A program made the translations under genes and the position numbers. A stretch of 64,000 nt of DNA. It comes from Candidatus Saccharimonadales bacterium (GTDB taxonomy: Bacteria; Patescibacteriota; Saccharimonadia; Saccharimonadales; UBA4665). The DNA is taken from NCBI GenBank assembly GCA_038232415.1, contig JBBSHY010000002.1, positions 3,719-67,718 of the forward strand, read 5' to 3'. Under the pieces are notes generated by a model. The model saw only the letters and a program-made list of their open reading frames with translations. It did no database searches and had not been told where the DNA came from. Positions 33,728 through 43,627 of this stretch are shown here, in pieces; position 1 is the first letter of the stretch; the number at the start of each line of letters is the position of its first letter.

Positions 33728-34327
33728 TTAAATAATGGTTTCGAAGCGGTTTTGGACTTCGGGCCAGTTAACTACGTGCCACCAGGCTTTAATGTAGTCG
33801 CCGCGTTTGTATGTATAGTCCAGATAGTAAGCGTGTTCCCAGACGTCGAGACCCAGGATAGGCTCGGGGTCGCTAGTGGTCAGGGGTGAATCCTGGTTTG
33901 GTGTGGTGATTATAGACAGATCGGGTTGCAGCCAGGCCCAGCCGCTGCCAAAGACGCCAAGAGCTTTATCGCCGAAGACATCCATAAAGCCCTGAAAGTC
34001 ACCATATTTTTGCTTAAGAGCGTCCGCCAGTTTGCCGGTGGGTTCGCTGCCGCCAGCCGGTGACATAAACTTCCAGAAATGCGTGTGGTTGTAGTGCCCG
34101 CCGCCATGGTTGCGCACAGTATTTCGCACGGCTTCCGGCACGCTATCCAGGTTACTGATTAACTCTTCTACGGTTTTATCTTGCAGTTCAGGCGCTTTTT
34201 CGATAGCGCCATTGAGTTTGTCAACATAAGTTTGATGGTGTTTACTATGGTGCAGCTCCATAATGTCTTTGCTGATGTATTTTCCAAGGGCATCATAACT
34301 ATATGGCAGATCCGGCAGTGTAAACAT
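33728..34327 (-). CDS. Fe/Mn superoxide dismutase
   Basis: 199 aa with HHSKHH and DVWEHAYY metal-ligand motifs. Confidence 0.9.
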   Translation of the reverse strand: MFTLPDLPYSYDALGKYISKDIMELHHSKHHQTYVDKLNGAIEKAPELQDKTVEELISNLDSVPEAVRNTVRNHGGGHYNHTHFWKFMSPAGGSEPTGKLADALKQKYGDFQGFMDVFGDKALGVFGSGWAWLQPDLSIITTPNQDSPLTTSDPEPILGLDVWEHAYYLDYTYKRGDYIKAWWHVVNWPEVQNRFETII

Positions 34328-34408
34328 AAATTTTCTCCGTCTTATGTGCTTCTATACATTGTAAACCCGTATGTATGGTTCGTCGACCCCGCCGTTATAA
34401 TAAAAAGT

Positions 34409-35107
34409 TTAATCAACAAACCTCATCAGTTCCGGCCACATGGTTTCCGTTTCATCCCGGCCGATTATGTTAATAAGGGCAGGCAAGTCTTTAATAACCA
34501 GCCGATGACGGCGATCATAGCCAATAATGTTTTTTCTTTGCAAGCGGCCCAGTGAGCGGCCAAATGTCTCGCGGGTCATATTGATGGAGTGTGCTAGGTC
34601 TTCATGCGTAATAGTGGCGTTGATAACCAGGTGGTCGTCAGTTTTAAGACCGAAACGATTAGCCAGGCCCAGTAACCGGTAAGTGCAGCGTTCACGGGCG
34701 TCGGAATATAAAAGATTGTCAATGCGACCGGCGTAGAGGCGGTAGCGGTCCACCATTTCTTCCAGCAACTCAAACATCACATCGCGATTATTGCTGATAA
34801 ATTCTATGAAAGTTTCGTGCGGCACCAGCCAGATCTTAGTGGGTTCAAGCGTTTCGTAGTATACATTGCGCATAAAGCCGCGAAAGGTCCAGATCATCGG
34901 GAAGAAATCATCCGGCCCGAAGAAGTGGTGTACATGTTCGTCGGCCTGTTTGGTCAGCGAGTAAATTTTGATCATACCACTCCCTATGAGATAGACGCCT
35001 CTGGGAGTATCATTGGCGCGCAGAATGATTTCATTTTTCTGGTAATCCAGCTGCTTGCCACTGTGAAACATGGCCTTTAGCTTTTTAGACTTTGCGCCGT
35101 CAGGCAT
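34409..35107 (-). CDS. Crp/Fnr-family transcriptional regulator
   Basis: cNMP-binding beta-barrel followed by an HTH (HEDLAHSINMTRETFGRSL). Confidence 0.85.
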   Translation of the reverse strand: MPDGAKSKKLKAMFHSGKQLDYQKNEIILRANDTPRGVYLIGSGMIKIYSLTKQADEHVHHFFGPDDFFPMIWTFRGFMRNVYYETLEPTKIWLVPHETFIEFISNNRDVMFELLEEMVDRYRLYAGRIDNLLYSDARERCTYRLLGLANRFGLKTDDHLVINATITHEDLAHSINMTRETFGRSLGRLQRKNIIGYDRRHRLVIKDLPALINIIGRDETETMWPELMRFVD

Positions 35108-35217
35108 AAGTTTATCCGCCCTGTTACGTTGTCAGTATATACCGCATGCCTGTAGCGGGGCAATATCGCCGGAATTTTGAGATGGTACGCTCCCGGTTGT
35201 ATACTAATAACATCATA

Positions 35218-38007
35218 ATGCAGGATATAGATAAGCTTCAGAAGTACGTGCGGGCGGCGAATTATTTGTCGGTTGCTCAGATCTACCTACAGGATAACTT
35301 CCTATTGGAACGGCCACTTCGCTCCGATGACATCAAGCCCAAGTTGGTCGGACATTGGGGAACTTGTCCTGGCATCAACTTTGTCTATGCACATCTGAAT
35401 TATTTAGTTAAAAAACATCGGCAATCAGCGATTTTTATACTTGGTCCCGGCCACGGTATGTCGGCACTGCAGGCTAATTTACTGATGGAGGGGACACTGG
35501 AGCAGTATTACGAAAAAGCGACCCGCGATGAGGATGGCATTGCTTATATTTCTAAACAGTATACCTGGCCCTATGGCTTTTCAAGCCACTGTAGCCCTGA
35601 AGTTCCTGGCGCAATCCTAGAAGGTGGCGAACTCGGCTATTCACTGGCATCGGCATACGGCGCCGTGCTGGACAATCCTGATCTGATCGCTGCCTGCTTA
35701 ATCGGTGATGGTGAGGCGGAAACTGGTGCGATTGCCGCAGCCTGGCATATCAACAAGCTTGTTGATCCGGCAGTGAACGGTGCGGTGTTGCCGATTATTC
35801 ATGTCAACGGTTATAAAATTTCCGGCCCAACTGTGTATGGTCGTATGAGTAATCAGGAACTCACGGATCTGTTCAGCGGTTATGGGCATGAAGCCTTCTT
35901 TATCGAGGGCGAAAATCTAGACGAGCAAATGGTAACTACGCTCGAAACAGCTTACCAGCGCATCAAAGCTATTCAGGAGGCAGCCCGGGGTAATAATCCG
36001 CCTTTCAAACCGCGGTTCCCAGTCATTATTATGCGTACACCGAAAGGCATGACCACTGTTAAGGAACTGCGCGGTCAGAAAATTGAGGGCACCATTTTGT
36101 CTCATCAAGTGGTCATGCCGACGGTTCGCGGCGACCAAGAAGAATTGACCGCCCTTGAAGCATGGCTTAGGTCGTACCATTTTGAAGAGCTGTTCGAAAG
36201 GCAAACCGGATTTTCCGAAGACATCTTGGAAGTAGTGCCGGACAAAGAGTTTTTAATCGGTAATAATTCGCATGTCTTTGGTAAAACTTATCGGCCGCTT
36301 GTGCTGCCGCCTGCCACAAGTCTGGAAAAGTCGCTCAATCAACCGGGCGAGATCCAGTCCAATGCTATGCGCATGGCTGGCTTGTATCTGCGAGAGATTT
36401 TTGATCTTAATAAAGAGTTTAATAATTTCCGTCTAATGTCTCCCGACGAGACGTACTCCAACCGACTGGATAATGTCTTTGAGGTAACCGGCCGAGCCTG
36501 GGTCTGGCCGCATGACGAAGGAGACAAAGATATTACCCGTGACGGCAGGGTCATGGAAATACTGTCGGAGCACGTCATGCATGGTTTGGCGCAAGGATAC
36601 TTACTGACCGGCCGTCACGCGGCACTGACAACTTACGAAGCTTTTGCGCAGATTTTTGCCAGCATGGCGCATACCTATCAGAAATTCTTAAAGTATGTCA
36701 TCAAAATGCCATGGCGAGGGGATCTACCGTCGTTTAATTATTTACTAACTTCAACAGTTTGGCGCCAGGAACGTGACGGTTACTCGCACCAGAATCCTGG
36801 CTTCATCTCCGGTATGCTGGAAAAGCACAATGATTTCGTGAAATGCTATTTTCCGGTTGATGACAACAGCATGCTGGCTACGCTGGAGGAAACCTTTGGC
36901 TCCAAAAATCAGATGAATATTATCACGGCCGGCAAAACGCCTGAACCGCGCTGGTTAAATTATGAACAGGCTAAGGCGGCGCTGGTCGACGGTCTCAGCG
37001 TCTGGGATTTCGCCAGCGACAAGAACCCACATATAGTGCTAGTCGGCGTCGGCGACTACGTGACCAAGGAAGCCTTGGCGGCCATTGAACTTATTAAGCA
37101 GGATGCTCCGGAAATTAGAGTTCGCTTTGTCAACATTCTCCGTTTGCAGAGCCGGTCGGGTCTCAATGAGGAGAACCAACCGCAAATTCCGAACGCCGAA
37201 AAATACTTCACGATCGACAAACCAGTGATAGTTAATTTCCACGGTTATCCGGAAGCCATGAAAAACATTCTCTTTGATGTTAAGAATCCGCGGCGTTTTT
37301 CAGTCCATGGCTATCGGGAGGAAGGCGGCACGACCACGCCATTCGATTTACAGGTGCGCAACCATACTGATCGCTACCATGTGGCTATGGAAATCATCGA
37401 GACTGCCCACAGGGAAGGGGTAGTCGACGAAACCAAGCAGCAGCAGTTGACGGCTAGCTGGCAGAAAAAGCTAACTAATCATAACGACTACATTAAACGA
37501 GTCGGCGCCGATCCGGCCGACATCGAAAATTGGCAATGGGCCAGCGTGGCGCCGCTAACTGCCGATCCGGCCGCAGTCGAACACAGTGCTATCTTAAAAG
37601 AAGCCCGCACTTTGGCGTTCATTGGTTTATCGGACAACCCCGAGCGGCATAGTTACCGGGTGGCCAGCTATTTTCAGGACAAAGGCTACAGGATTATTCC
37701 TATCAATCCCAAAATAGACGAAACGCTTGGCGAGAAGGCTTATGATAGCTTGTTAGAGATTCCGCCTTCGGTGCACATAGATATCGTTGATATTTTTCGG
37801 AAGCCAGATGAGGTTTTGCCGCACATGCGCGAAATCGTCGAGCGCGGCAGTATTCGCACAGTTTGGCTGGCCGAAGGCGCCAACAGCCACGAAGCCGAGG
37901 AATTTGCCGAAGATTACGGACTGTCGATGATAACTAACCAATGTATTATGAAAGTAGACCTAGGCGACGGGCACCATGATGATCATAACCACGAGGAGGA
38001 CTTCTAA
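35218..38007 (+). CDS. xfp: phosphoketolase fused to a C-terminal CoA-binding domain
   Basis: MQDIDKLQKYVRAANYLSVAQIYL..., GHWGTCPG, EGGELGY, ending ...GADPADIENWQW as in Xfp. About 140 aa follow (LAFIGLSDNPERHSYRVASYFQDKGYRIIPINPK...VDIFRKPDEV...VWLAEGA) that look like a CoA_binding_2 (YccU-type) domain, then a His/Asp-rich tail. Confidence 0.85.
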   Translation: MQDIDKLQKYVRAANYLSVAQIYLQDNFLLERPLRSDDIKPKLVGHWGTCPGINFVYAHLNYLVKKHRQSAIFILGPGHGMSALQANLLMEGTLEQYYEKATRDEDGIAYISKQYTWPYGFSSHCSPEVPGAILEGGELGYSLASAYGAVLDNPDLIAACLIGDGEAETGAIAAAWHINKLVDPAVNGAVLPIIHVNGYKISGPTVYGRMSNQELTDLFSGYGHEAFFIEGENLDEQMVTTLETAYQRIKAIQEAARGNNPPFKPRFPVIIMRTPKGMTTVKELRGQKIEGTILSHQVVMPTVRGDQEELTALEAWLRSYHFEELFERQTGFSEDILEVVPDKEFLIGNNSHVFGKTYRPLVLPPATSLEKSLNQPGEIQSNAMRMAGLYLREIFDLNKEFNNFRLMSPDETYSNRLDNVFEVTGRAWVWPHDEGDKDITRDGRVMEILSEHVMHGLAQGYLLTGRHAALTTYEAFAQIFASMAHTYQKFLKYVIKMPWRGDLPSFNYLLTSTVWRQERDGYSHQNPGFISGMLEKHNDFVKCYFPVDDNSMLATLEETFGSKNQMNIITAGKTPEPRWLNYEQAKAALVDGLSVWDFASDKNPHIVLVGVGDYVTKEALAAIELIKQDAPEIRVRFVNILRLQSRSGLNEENQPQIPNAEKYFTIDKPVIVNFHGYPEAMKNILFDVKNPRRFSVHGYREEGGTTTPFDLQVRNHTDRYHVAMEIIETAHREGVVDETKQQQLTASWQKKLTNHNDYIKRVGADPADIENWQWASVAPLTADPAAVEHSAILKEARTLAFIGLSDNPERHSYRVASYFQDKGYRIIPINPKIDETLGEKAYDSLLEIPPSVHIDIVDIFRKPDEVLPHMREIVERGSIRTVWLAEGANSHEAEEFAEDYGLSMITNQCIMKVDLGDGHHDDHNHEEDF

Positions 38008-39770
38008 TGAGCGGCCAACCATCCATAATTTCCAAGAATGATAAGACGCCAGCTGTTCTGCCCAACTTGGCTGATTATGAAGCTGTCCGGGCCGAGTTTT
38101 CCTGGGAGAGAGCTGCTAAAGATGAGATCGACTATTTTGATGACGGCACCCTAAACATAGCTTATAACTGCGTTGATCGGCACGCCGAGAGCCAGCGCAG
38201 AGATAAGACTGCCTTACTTTACGAGAGTGCTACGGGCGATAAAGAGAGCTACAACTTCGGCGAGCTGAAGGAATTAACCAATAAGTTTGCTAATGTACTG
38301 ACTACTCAGGATGTATCCAAAGGCGATCGGATATTTATATTCTTGCCGACGATCCCGGAGCGTTATGTGGCTTTTCTAGGTATTTTGAAGCTGGGTGCTA
38401 TTGCCGGCACCATGTTCGCGGCTTTCCAGGAAATGGCGCTATTAGACCGCCTGGCCGATAGCGAGGCAAGCATGGTGATTACCAATGCTGACCTTTACCC
38501 CCGCATTAAAAATATTCAAAAAGATCTGCCGAATTTAAGAAAAATTATAATTGTAGAACGCGGCTCTGCTGAACAACCTAAGGCCGCGGACGTCATCTAC
38601 TATGACCAGGAAATGGCCAAAGCCAGCAGTGAATTTGAGATAGCCCACATGGAAAAAGACGAGTATTCTTACATGTTGTACACGTCCGGCACCACCGGCA
38701 AGCCCAAAGGCGTGGTCCATGCCCATAACGACATACTGCAGGCTATCGTCAGCACTAAATATGTGCTAGACATTAAGGAAAACGATATTTACTGGTGCAC
38801 AGCTGACCTGGGCTGGGTTACCGGGGTAGTTTACGGCGTGCTAGGTATCTGGGGATTAGGTGGCACATCGGTAATTTATGAAGGCCGTTTCAGTCCGGAG
38901 AATTGGTATAAAGTTTTGCAGGATTACAAAGTAACGGTCTGGTACTCGGCACCCACGGCTATCCGTATGTTGATGGGCTCGCCGGTGAATCCTAAAGATT
39001 ACGACCTATCGTCTCTGCGCCACCTATGCAGTGTAGGCGAGCCGCTGAATCCTGAGGCAATCTGGTGGGGGTTGGAAGCCTATGGTCTGCCGTTTCACGA
39101 TACCTGGTGGCAGACTGAACTGGGAGCCATCAGCATTACTAATTACCCGGCGTTAGACATTAAACCCGGCTCTATGGGTAAACCATTGCCCGGTATAGAA
39201 GCGGCGATTATCGATGGTGATGGGCAGCCAGTGCCGATTGGCGAAGAAGGTAATCTGGCTCTCAAAGCTTCGACTGTTTCCTCTATGATGAAAACTATCT
39301 GGCATAACCACGAGAAATTTGACTCATACTTTGTAGGCGAGAATTCTGAATGGTATGTATCCGGTGATCAAGCGATGCAGGACAAAGACGGCTATTTCTG
39401 GTTTTTTGGACGGGTTGATGACGTAATCCTAACGGCTGGCGAACGAATCGGACCGTTTGAGGTAGAAAGTGCTCTGGTGGCCTACCCGGACGTTATAGAA
39501 GCGGCTGTTATTGGCAAGCCGGACGAGGTACGTGGTGAAATCATTAAGGCTTTCGTGGTCGTTAAACCGGGCGTCACCCAAGATGATGAACTTAAACAAA
39601 AGCTAGTTCTGCATGTCAAAAAGCACCTGGCCGGTCATGCTTATCCCCGTGAGATCGCATTTGTTGATAAAGTGCCCAAAACCCGTTCCGGCAAAATTAT
39701 GCGCCGGGTCTTGAAGGCCCAGGAACTGGGCTTGCCGATCGGCGACACTTCTACGCTTGAAAATTATTAG
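38007..39770 (+). CDS. acs: AMP-forming acetyl-CoA synthetase (AcsA-type acyl-CoA ligase)
   Basis: 587 aa with YTSGTTGKPKG and C-terminal ...PKTRSGKIMRR. The ATG overlaps the xfp TAA (TAATG), and GAGGAGGA lies upstream. Confidence 0.85.
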   Translation: MSGQPSIISKNDKTPAVLPNLADYEAVRAEFSWERAAKDEIDYFDDGTLNIAYNCVDRHAESQRRDKTALLYESATGDKESYNFGELKELTNKFANVLTTQDVSKGDRIFIFLPTIPERYVAFLGILKLGAIAGTMFAAFQEMALLDRLADSEASMVITNADLYPRIKNIQKDLPNLRKIIIVERGSAEQPKAADVIYYDQEMAKASSEFEIAHMEKDEYSYMLYTSGTTGKPKGVVHAHNDILQAIVSTKYVLDIKENDIYWCTADLGWVTGVVYGVLGIWGLGGTSVIYEGRFSPENWYKVLQDYKVTVWYSAPTAIRMLMGSPVNPKDYDLSSLRHLCSVGEPLNPEAIWWGLEAYGLPFHDTWWQTELGAISITNYPALDIKPGSMGKPLPGIEAAIIDGDGQPVPIGEEGNLALKASTVSSMMKTIWHNHEKFDSYFVGENSEWYVSGDQAMQDKDGYFWFFGRVDDVILTAGERIGPFEVESALVAYPDVIEAAVIGKPDEVRGEIIKAFVVVKPGVTQDDELKQKLVLHVKKHLAGHAYPREIAFVDKVPKTRSGKIMRRVLKAQELGLPIGDTSTLENY

Positions 39771-39789
39771 GATAGGATTATAAACGAGT

Positions 39790-41100
39790 ATGGGCAGAGA
39801 ACTTTTCGGCACTGATGGTATCCGCGGCCCTGCCGGGCAGTACCCGTTAGATGAAGCGGGAGTGTGCCAGATTGGTAAAGCCATAGCTACAAAATTTGCC
39901 AAGCCTGGCCAGCGCATCCTGGTGGGCTGCGACCCTCGGCAATCTTCGCCCCAACTGGAAGCTGCCCTGACATCTGGTATAACGGATATGGGGGTAGACG
40001 TGGACCTGGTAGGTGTCATTCCAACTCCCGGCCTGGCCTATCTGACCATTTCTGCCGGGGTACAGGCCGGCGTGATGATCACTGCCAGCCATAACGCCTA
40101 TACAGACAATGGTATCAAAGTTTTCACCCCTGAGGGAGACAAACTTGATGATAGAACCGAAGTCGAGCTCAATAAACTGATTGACAGTGATCTGTCAGGA
40201 TCAGGCCAGGGAGACTCAGTTGATGCAGCGGAGCTGGCAGGTGACTACGAAGCATTTCTCATCTCGACGATTGAAGGCAACCAATTTGGTGACTGGAAAT
40301 TGGCAGTGGATTGTGCCAATGGTGCCACTAGCTTTATCGCCCCACGTCTTTTTGAACGGCTTAAAGCCAGTATAGTACCTCTGTTTAGCCAGCCTGACGG
40401 TGTAAATATCAACCAAGGGTGCGGAGCGACTGATACCAGTGTTTTACAGCAGACAGTCAAAGAGCAAGATCTGGACGCCGGCGTGGCTTTTGATGGCGAT
40501 GGCGACCGTGTAGTAATAATTGACGAACAGGGCCGGGCTCTGACTGGTGATCACATTCTGTATATATTGGCTGTGTGCCGTAAGATACCGGGTGTTGTGG
40601 CTACCATTATGAGTAATATGGGTTTGGAAACGGCCTTGCAGCAGCAGAACATATCTTTACATCGCACGGCGGTAGGCGATCGTTACGTATTAGAAGGCTT
40701 AAAGCAAACCGGCTTTAATCTAGGCGGCGAGCAGAGCGGACATATAATTTTGCCGGACTATACTAATACCGGTGATGGCCTAATGGTGGCCTTACAAGTT
40801 CTTAAAGAAGTAAAAAGGTCGCCTAAAAGCTTGGGGGAGTGGTATGACGATTTGGAACTTTTGCCCCAGTCTCTGGTAAACATTCCTATAATCGACAAGT
40901 CATTACTGGATACCCCGGAAATACGATCTTTTATAACTAAGAAGTCTGAAGAGTTGAAGGGCACGGGAAGGTTACTTATCCGGCCATCTGGTACCGAATC
41001 GCTAGCGCGAGTGATGGTAGAAGCCCCTGATGCTTCGGAAGTGGCTAACCAAATTACTGCCGAATTGCAAGCATTATTAAACGATAAAGGTGCAGCGTGA
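39790..41100 (+). CDS. glmM: phosphoglucosamine mutase
   Basis: Phosphoserine loop TASHNAYTDNGIK and Mg site FDGDGDR. 436 aa. Confidence 0.9.
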   Translation: MGRELFGTDGIRGPAGQYPLDEAGVCQIGKAIATKFAKPGQRILVGCDPRQSSPQLEAALTSGITDMGVDVDLVGVIPTPGLAYLTISAGVQAGVMITASHNAYTDNGIKVFTPEGDKLDDRTEVELNKLIDSDLSGSGQGDSVDAAELAGDYEAFLISTIEGNQFGDWKLAVDCANGATSFIAPRLFERLKASIVPLFSQPDGVNINQGCGATDTSVLQQTVKEQDLDAGVAFDGDGDRVVIIDEQGRALTGDHILYILAVCRKIPGVVATIMSNMGLETALQQQNISLHRTAVGDRYVLEGLKQTGFNLGGEQSGHIILPDYTNTGDGLMVALQVLKEVKRSPKSLGEWYDDLELLPQSLVNIPIIDKSLLDTPEIRSFITKKSEELKGTGRLLIRPSGTESLARVMVEAPDASEVANQITAELQALLNDKGAA

Positions 41101-41729
41101 AACCGTTTCCCACTACTTTTGCGGAGGTTACCCAGCCCTTATCCGAGTTGCTTACTGACACGGCGGATAAAGATTTGCTTCGGCAGCTGATCGTCAAAAA
41201 CTATGAAGTTCACCTTGGTTTAACTCCTGAGTTTGTGGATGCCATAACTGAAACTGCCAGGCAGCCTTCCATACGTGAGTATTGCGCCCGAGACGGCTCT
41301 GAGCGGTTTAAAAATCGTGAATCCGCAGAATGCTGGCTTGCCAAAGGCCGGGCTGTTTTCCTGTTATTCAGGCGAACTAATGGCAGTGATGACTTGCATC
41401 TCGCAGGCTATGGCTGGGCCGGCCGGGCCGCCAGCCCGCACGTTCCGGGTGGTGAAACCACCTTTGCACTTCGCGTAAGTGAGACTGATCAAGGACATGG
41501 CCTGGCCGTTCCCTTCGCAAAACTTATTATTAGTGCTACGTCAGCTCTCTACGGTGCGCCACATATTTGGCTGGAAACCTGGGCATCAAACACCGGTGCC
41601 GTCCACATCTATCACAAACTTGGTTTTAAAACAGTAGCCCAAAAGGTTGGGCAGCGTCTTAAACCGGACGGCTCAACTGTGTCCGACACGCGCCTCTACA
41701 TGACCCAACCCGTTGACTTGCCAAAGTAA
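41097..41729 (+). CDS. GNAT-family N-acetyltransferase
   Basis: 210 aa. ...GHGLAVPFAKLII...IWLETWASNTGAVHIYHKLGFK, a GNAT motif A/B-like pattern. GTGA overlap with glmM. Confidence 0.65.
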   Translation: MKPFPTTFAEVTQPLSELLTDTADKDLLRQLIVKNYEVHLGLTPEFVDAITETARQPSIREYCARDGSERFKNRESAECWLAKGRAVFLLFRRTNGSDDLHLAGYGWAGRAASPHVPGGETTFALRVSETDQGHGLAVPFAKLIISATSALYGAPHIWLETWASNTGAVHIYHKLGFKTVAQKVGQRLKPDGSTVSDTRLYMTQPVDLPK

Positions 41730-41848
41730 TTGTTTAATCCGCCAAACATAACACTTTGCATGAAGCGTTTTTCTTTTTACTCATGCTTGCGGGCAAAATT
41801 CAAAGGTAGCAATAGAACTAAATAAAATGGTATAATTATATAAGTGCT

Positions 41849-42676
41849 TTGAAAACATACATACTATTACTTAAACACAAAATTCATTGGCTGCACCTTG
41901 CTGCTTTTGTTGTTATTATAGGGGCATTCACCTCAGTTACTTTACAACAATACGCGTCACAGGTGTTTTACGCCAATAGTTATGCTATAACCGGGCAAGC
42001 CGTAGCAGTACGGCCTCCTTCTAGTGTTAGTGTTCGCAAACATACAAACTCTAATAGTTCATATAATAATCGTACAGCCACAAATTTAGCTCAAAATATC
42101 CCAACGACTAATAAACAATCGCCGCCTGTTGTTTCCACTCCATCAGCTACAACCCAAGTAGTTAAACCAAAAATAACTAATCAAGCTGCTCCAGCTTCAC
42201 CACCAAGCTCCACTCCTACGCCAGCCTCTTCTGTACCACCAGCTGGAGGGCCGGTAAATGATATAGCAACTGAGACAATCTGTCCGGGTCAGTCGTCGAT
42301 AGCTAACACCACTTTGGTATTGGTCTGCATGACAACTTACGCCAGAACCCAGCACAGCATGGGCGGTGTTAGCAGTAACGGTTCTCTGATGGCAGCAGCA
42401 ACGGCAAAAGTTCAGGATATGCTTACCTGCGGCTACTCTCACACCGCTTGCGAGCGTTCTTTTAATTATTGGTTTGCCGTTAAAGGCTATGTAGGCAGAT
42501 GCAGTGCTGAAAATATTGCCCAAGGCCAGCAAACACCAGGTGAAGTATTTATTGCCTGGATGAATTCATCGGGGCATAGAGCAAACATATTAAATGCTGT
42601 TTATCAGCATATAGGTGTAACCGTTGTCCCTAGCAATAGCGGGAATTTATGGGCCATGGAGCTTGGCGGCTGCTAA
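41849..42676 (+). CDS. secreted/anchored CAP (SCP/PR1-like) domain protein
   Basis: N-terminal TM anchor, S/T/P-rich linker, and a C-terminal CAP motif (...AENIAQGQQTPGEVFIAWMNSSGHRANILN...HIGV). Confidence 0.75.
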   Translation: MKTYILLLKHKIHWLHLAAFVVIIGAFTSVTLQQYASQVFYANSYAITGQAVAVRPPSSVSVRKHTNSNSSYNNRTATNLAQNIPTTNKQSPPVVSTPSATTQVVKPKITNQAAPASPPSSTPTPASSVPPAGGPVNDIATETICPGQSSIANTTLVLVCMTTYARTQHSMGGVSSNGSLMAAATAKVQDMLTCGYSHTACERSFNYWFAVKGYVGRCSAENIAQGQQTPGEVFIAWMNSSGHRANILNAVYQHIGVTVVPSNSGNLWAMELGGC

Positions 42677-42692
42677 CAGTTGTACCAAATAT

Positions 42693-43535
42693 TTACCGGA
42701 AAACTATGGTGCGCTGGTTGTGGAGGATGATCCGATGTTGTAAAAACGCGGCGGTTGCTTTTAGAAGAACTCTTCTCTCGATATCTTGGCCAGCTTGGAT
42801 CATGTCATTAACCGAGTACTGATGCGTTACCGGTAAAACCTCTTGGGCAATAATCGCCCCTGCGTCTAACTCGGCGGTAACGTAGTGAGCCGTAGCTCCA
42901 ATTACTTTTACGCCGTGTTCCCAAGCCTGGTGATAGGGCTTCGAGCCTTTAAACGCCGGCAGAAAACCATGATGAATATTAATAATGCCTTCAGGAAACT
43001 GGTCAACAAAGTTAGCCGACAGTATCTTCATAAAGCGGGCGAGAATGATAACATCAATGCTGGACTTATGAATATAGCTAAGGATTTTTTGCTCGGCTTC
43101 GGATTGGTTGTCGTTTTCATACGGAACATAATGAAACGGTATATTGTACTGGCCCGCCAGCTCAGACAATTTTTGCTGATTGCTGATTATCAGGGGAATC
43201 TCGCATTGGAGCTGGCCCGTTTGCTGCCGTATAAGTATTTCCTGAAGACAGGCGGCCTCAGTGCTTACCAGAAGGGCAAGCCTTACCGGTCTCGTAAAAT
43301 TATATATGCCTAGCCGGGCTTCTAGTTTGGACGATAAATGTTCAAGCTCTTTTTTAAGCTCCTGCTGGGTAATATTAAGTTTGTCACAGTCGGCACTAAT
43401 ACGCATGAAGAACCAGTTTGTTTCCGTATGTTCCTCTAACGAAAGTATATTGGCATTAGTACGAAAAAGTATTCCGCTATACTGAGCCACTATGCCCGGC
43501 TGGTCAGGACAAGAAATGAGCAAAATAATCTGCAT
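42693..43535 (-). CDS. purU: formyltetrahydrofolate deformylase
   Basis: 280 aa with an N-terminal ACT-like domain plus formyltransferase IINIHHGFLPAFKG...D. Confidence 0.9.
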   Translation of the reverse strand: MQIILLISCPDQPGIVAQYSGILFRTNANILSLEEHTETNWFFMRISADCDKLNITQQELKKELEHLSSKLEARLGIYNFTRPVRLALLVSTEAACLQEILIRQQTGQLQCEIPLIISNQQKLSELAGQYNIPFHYVPYENDNQSEAEQKILSYIHKSSIDVIILARFMKILSANFVDQFPEGIINIHHGFLPAFKGSKPYHQAWEHGVKVIGATAHYVTAELDAGAIIAQEVLPVTHQYSVNDMIQAGQDIERRVLLKATAAFLQHRIILHNQRTIVFR

Positions 43536-43627
43536 GATTGCATTATAACGGAATTATTCTATTAAATTCAAAAATCCGCTTTAATAATGGCCGAGATATG
43601 TTTAAAGCTCTCTGATATGATGGTCTC

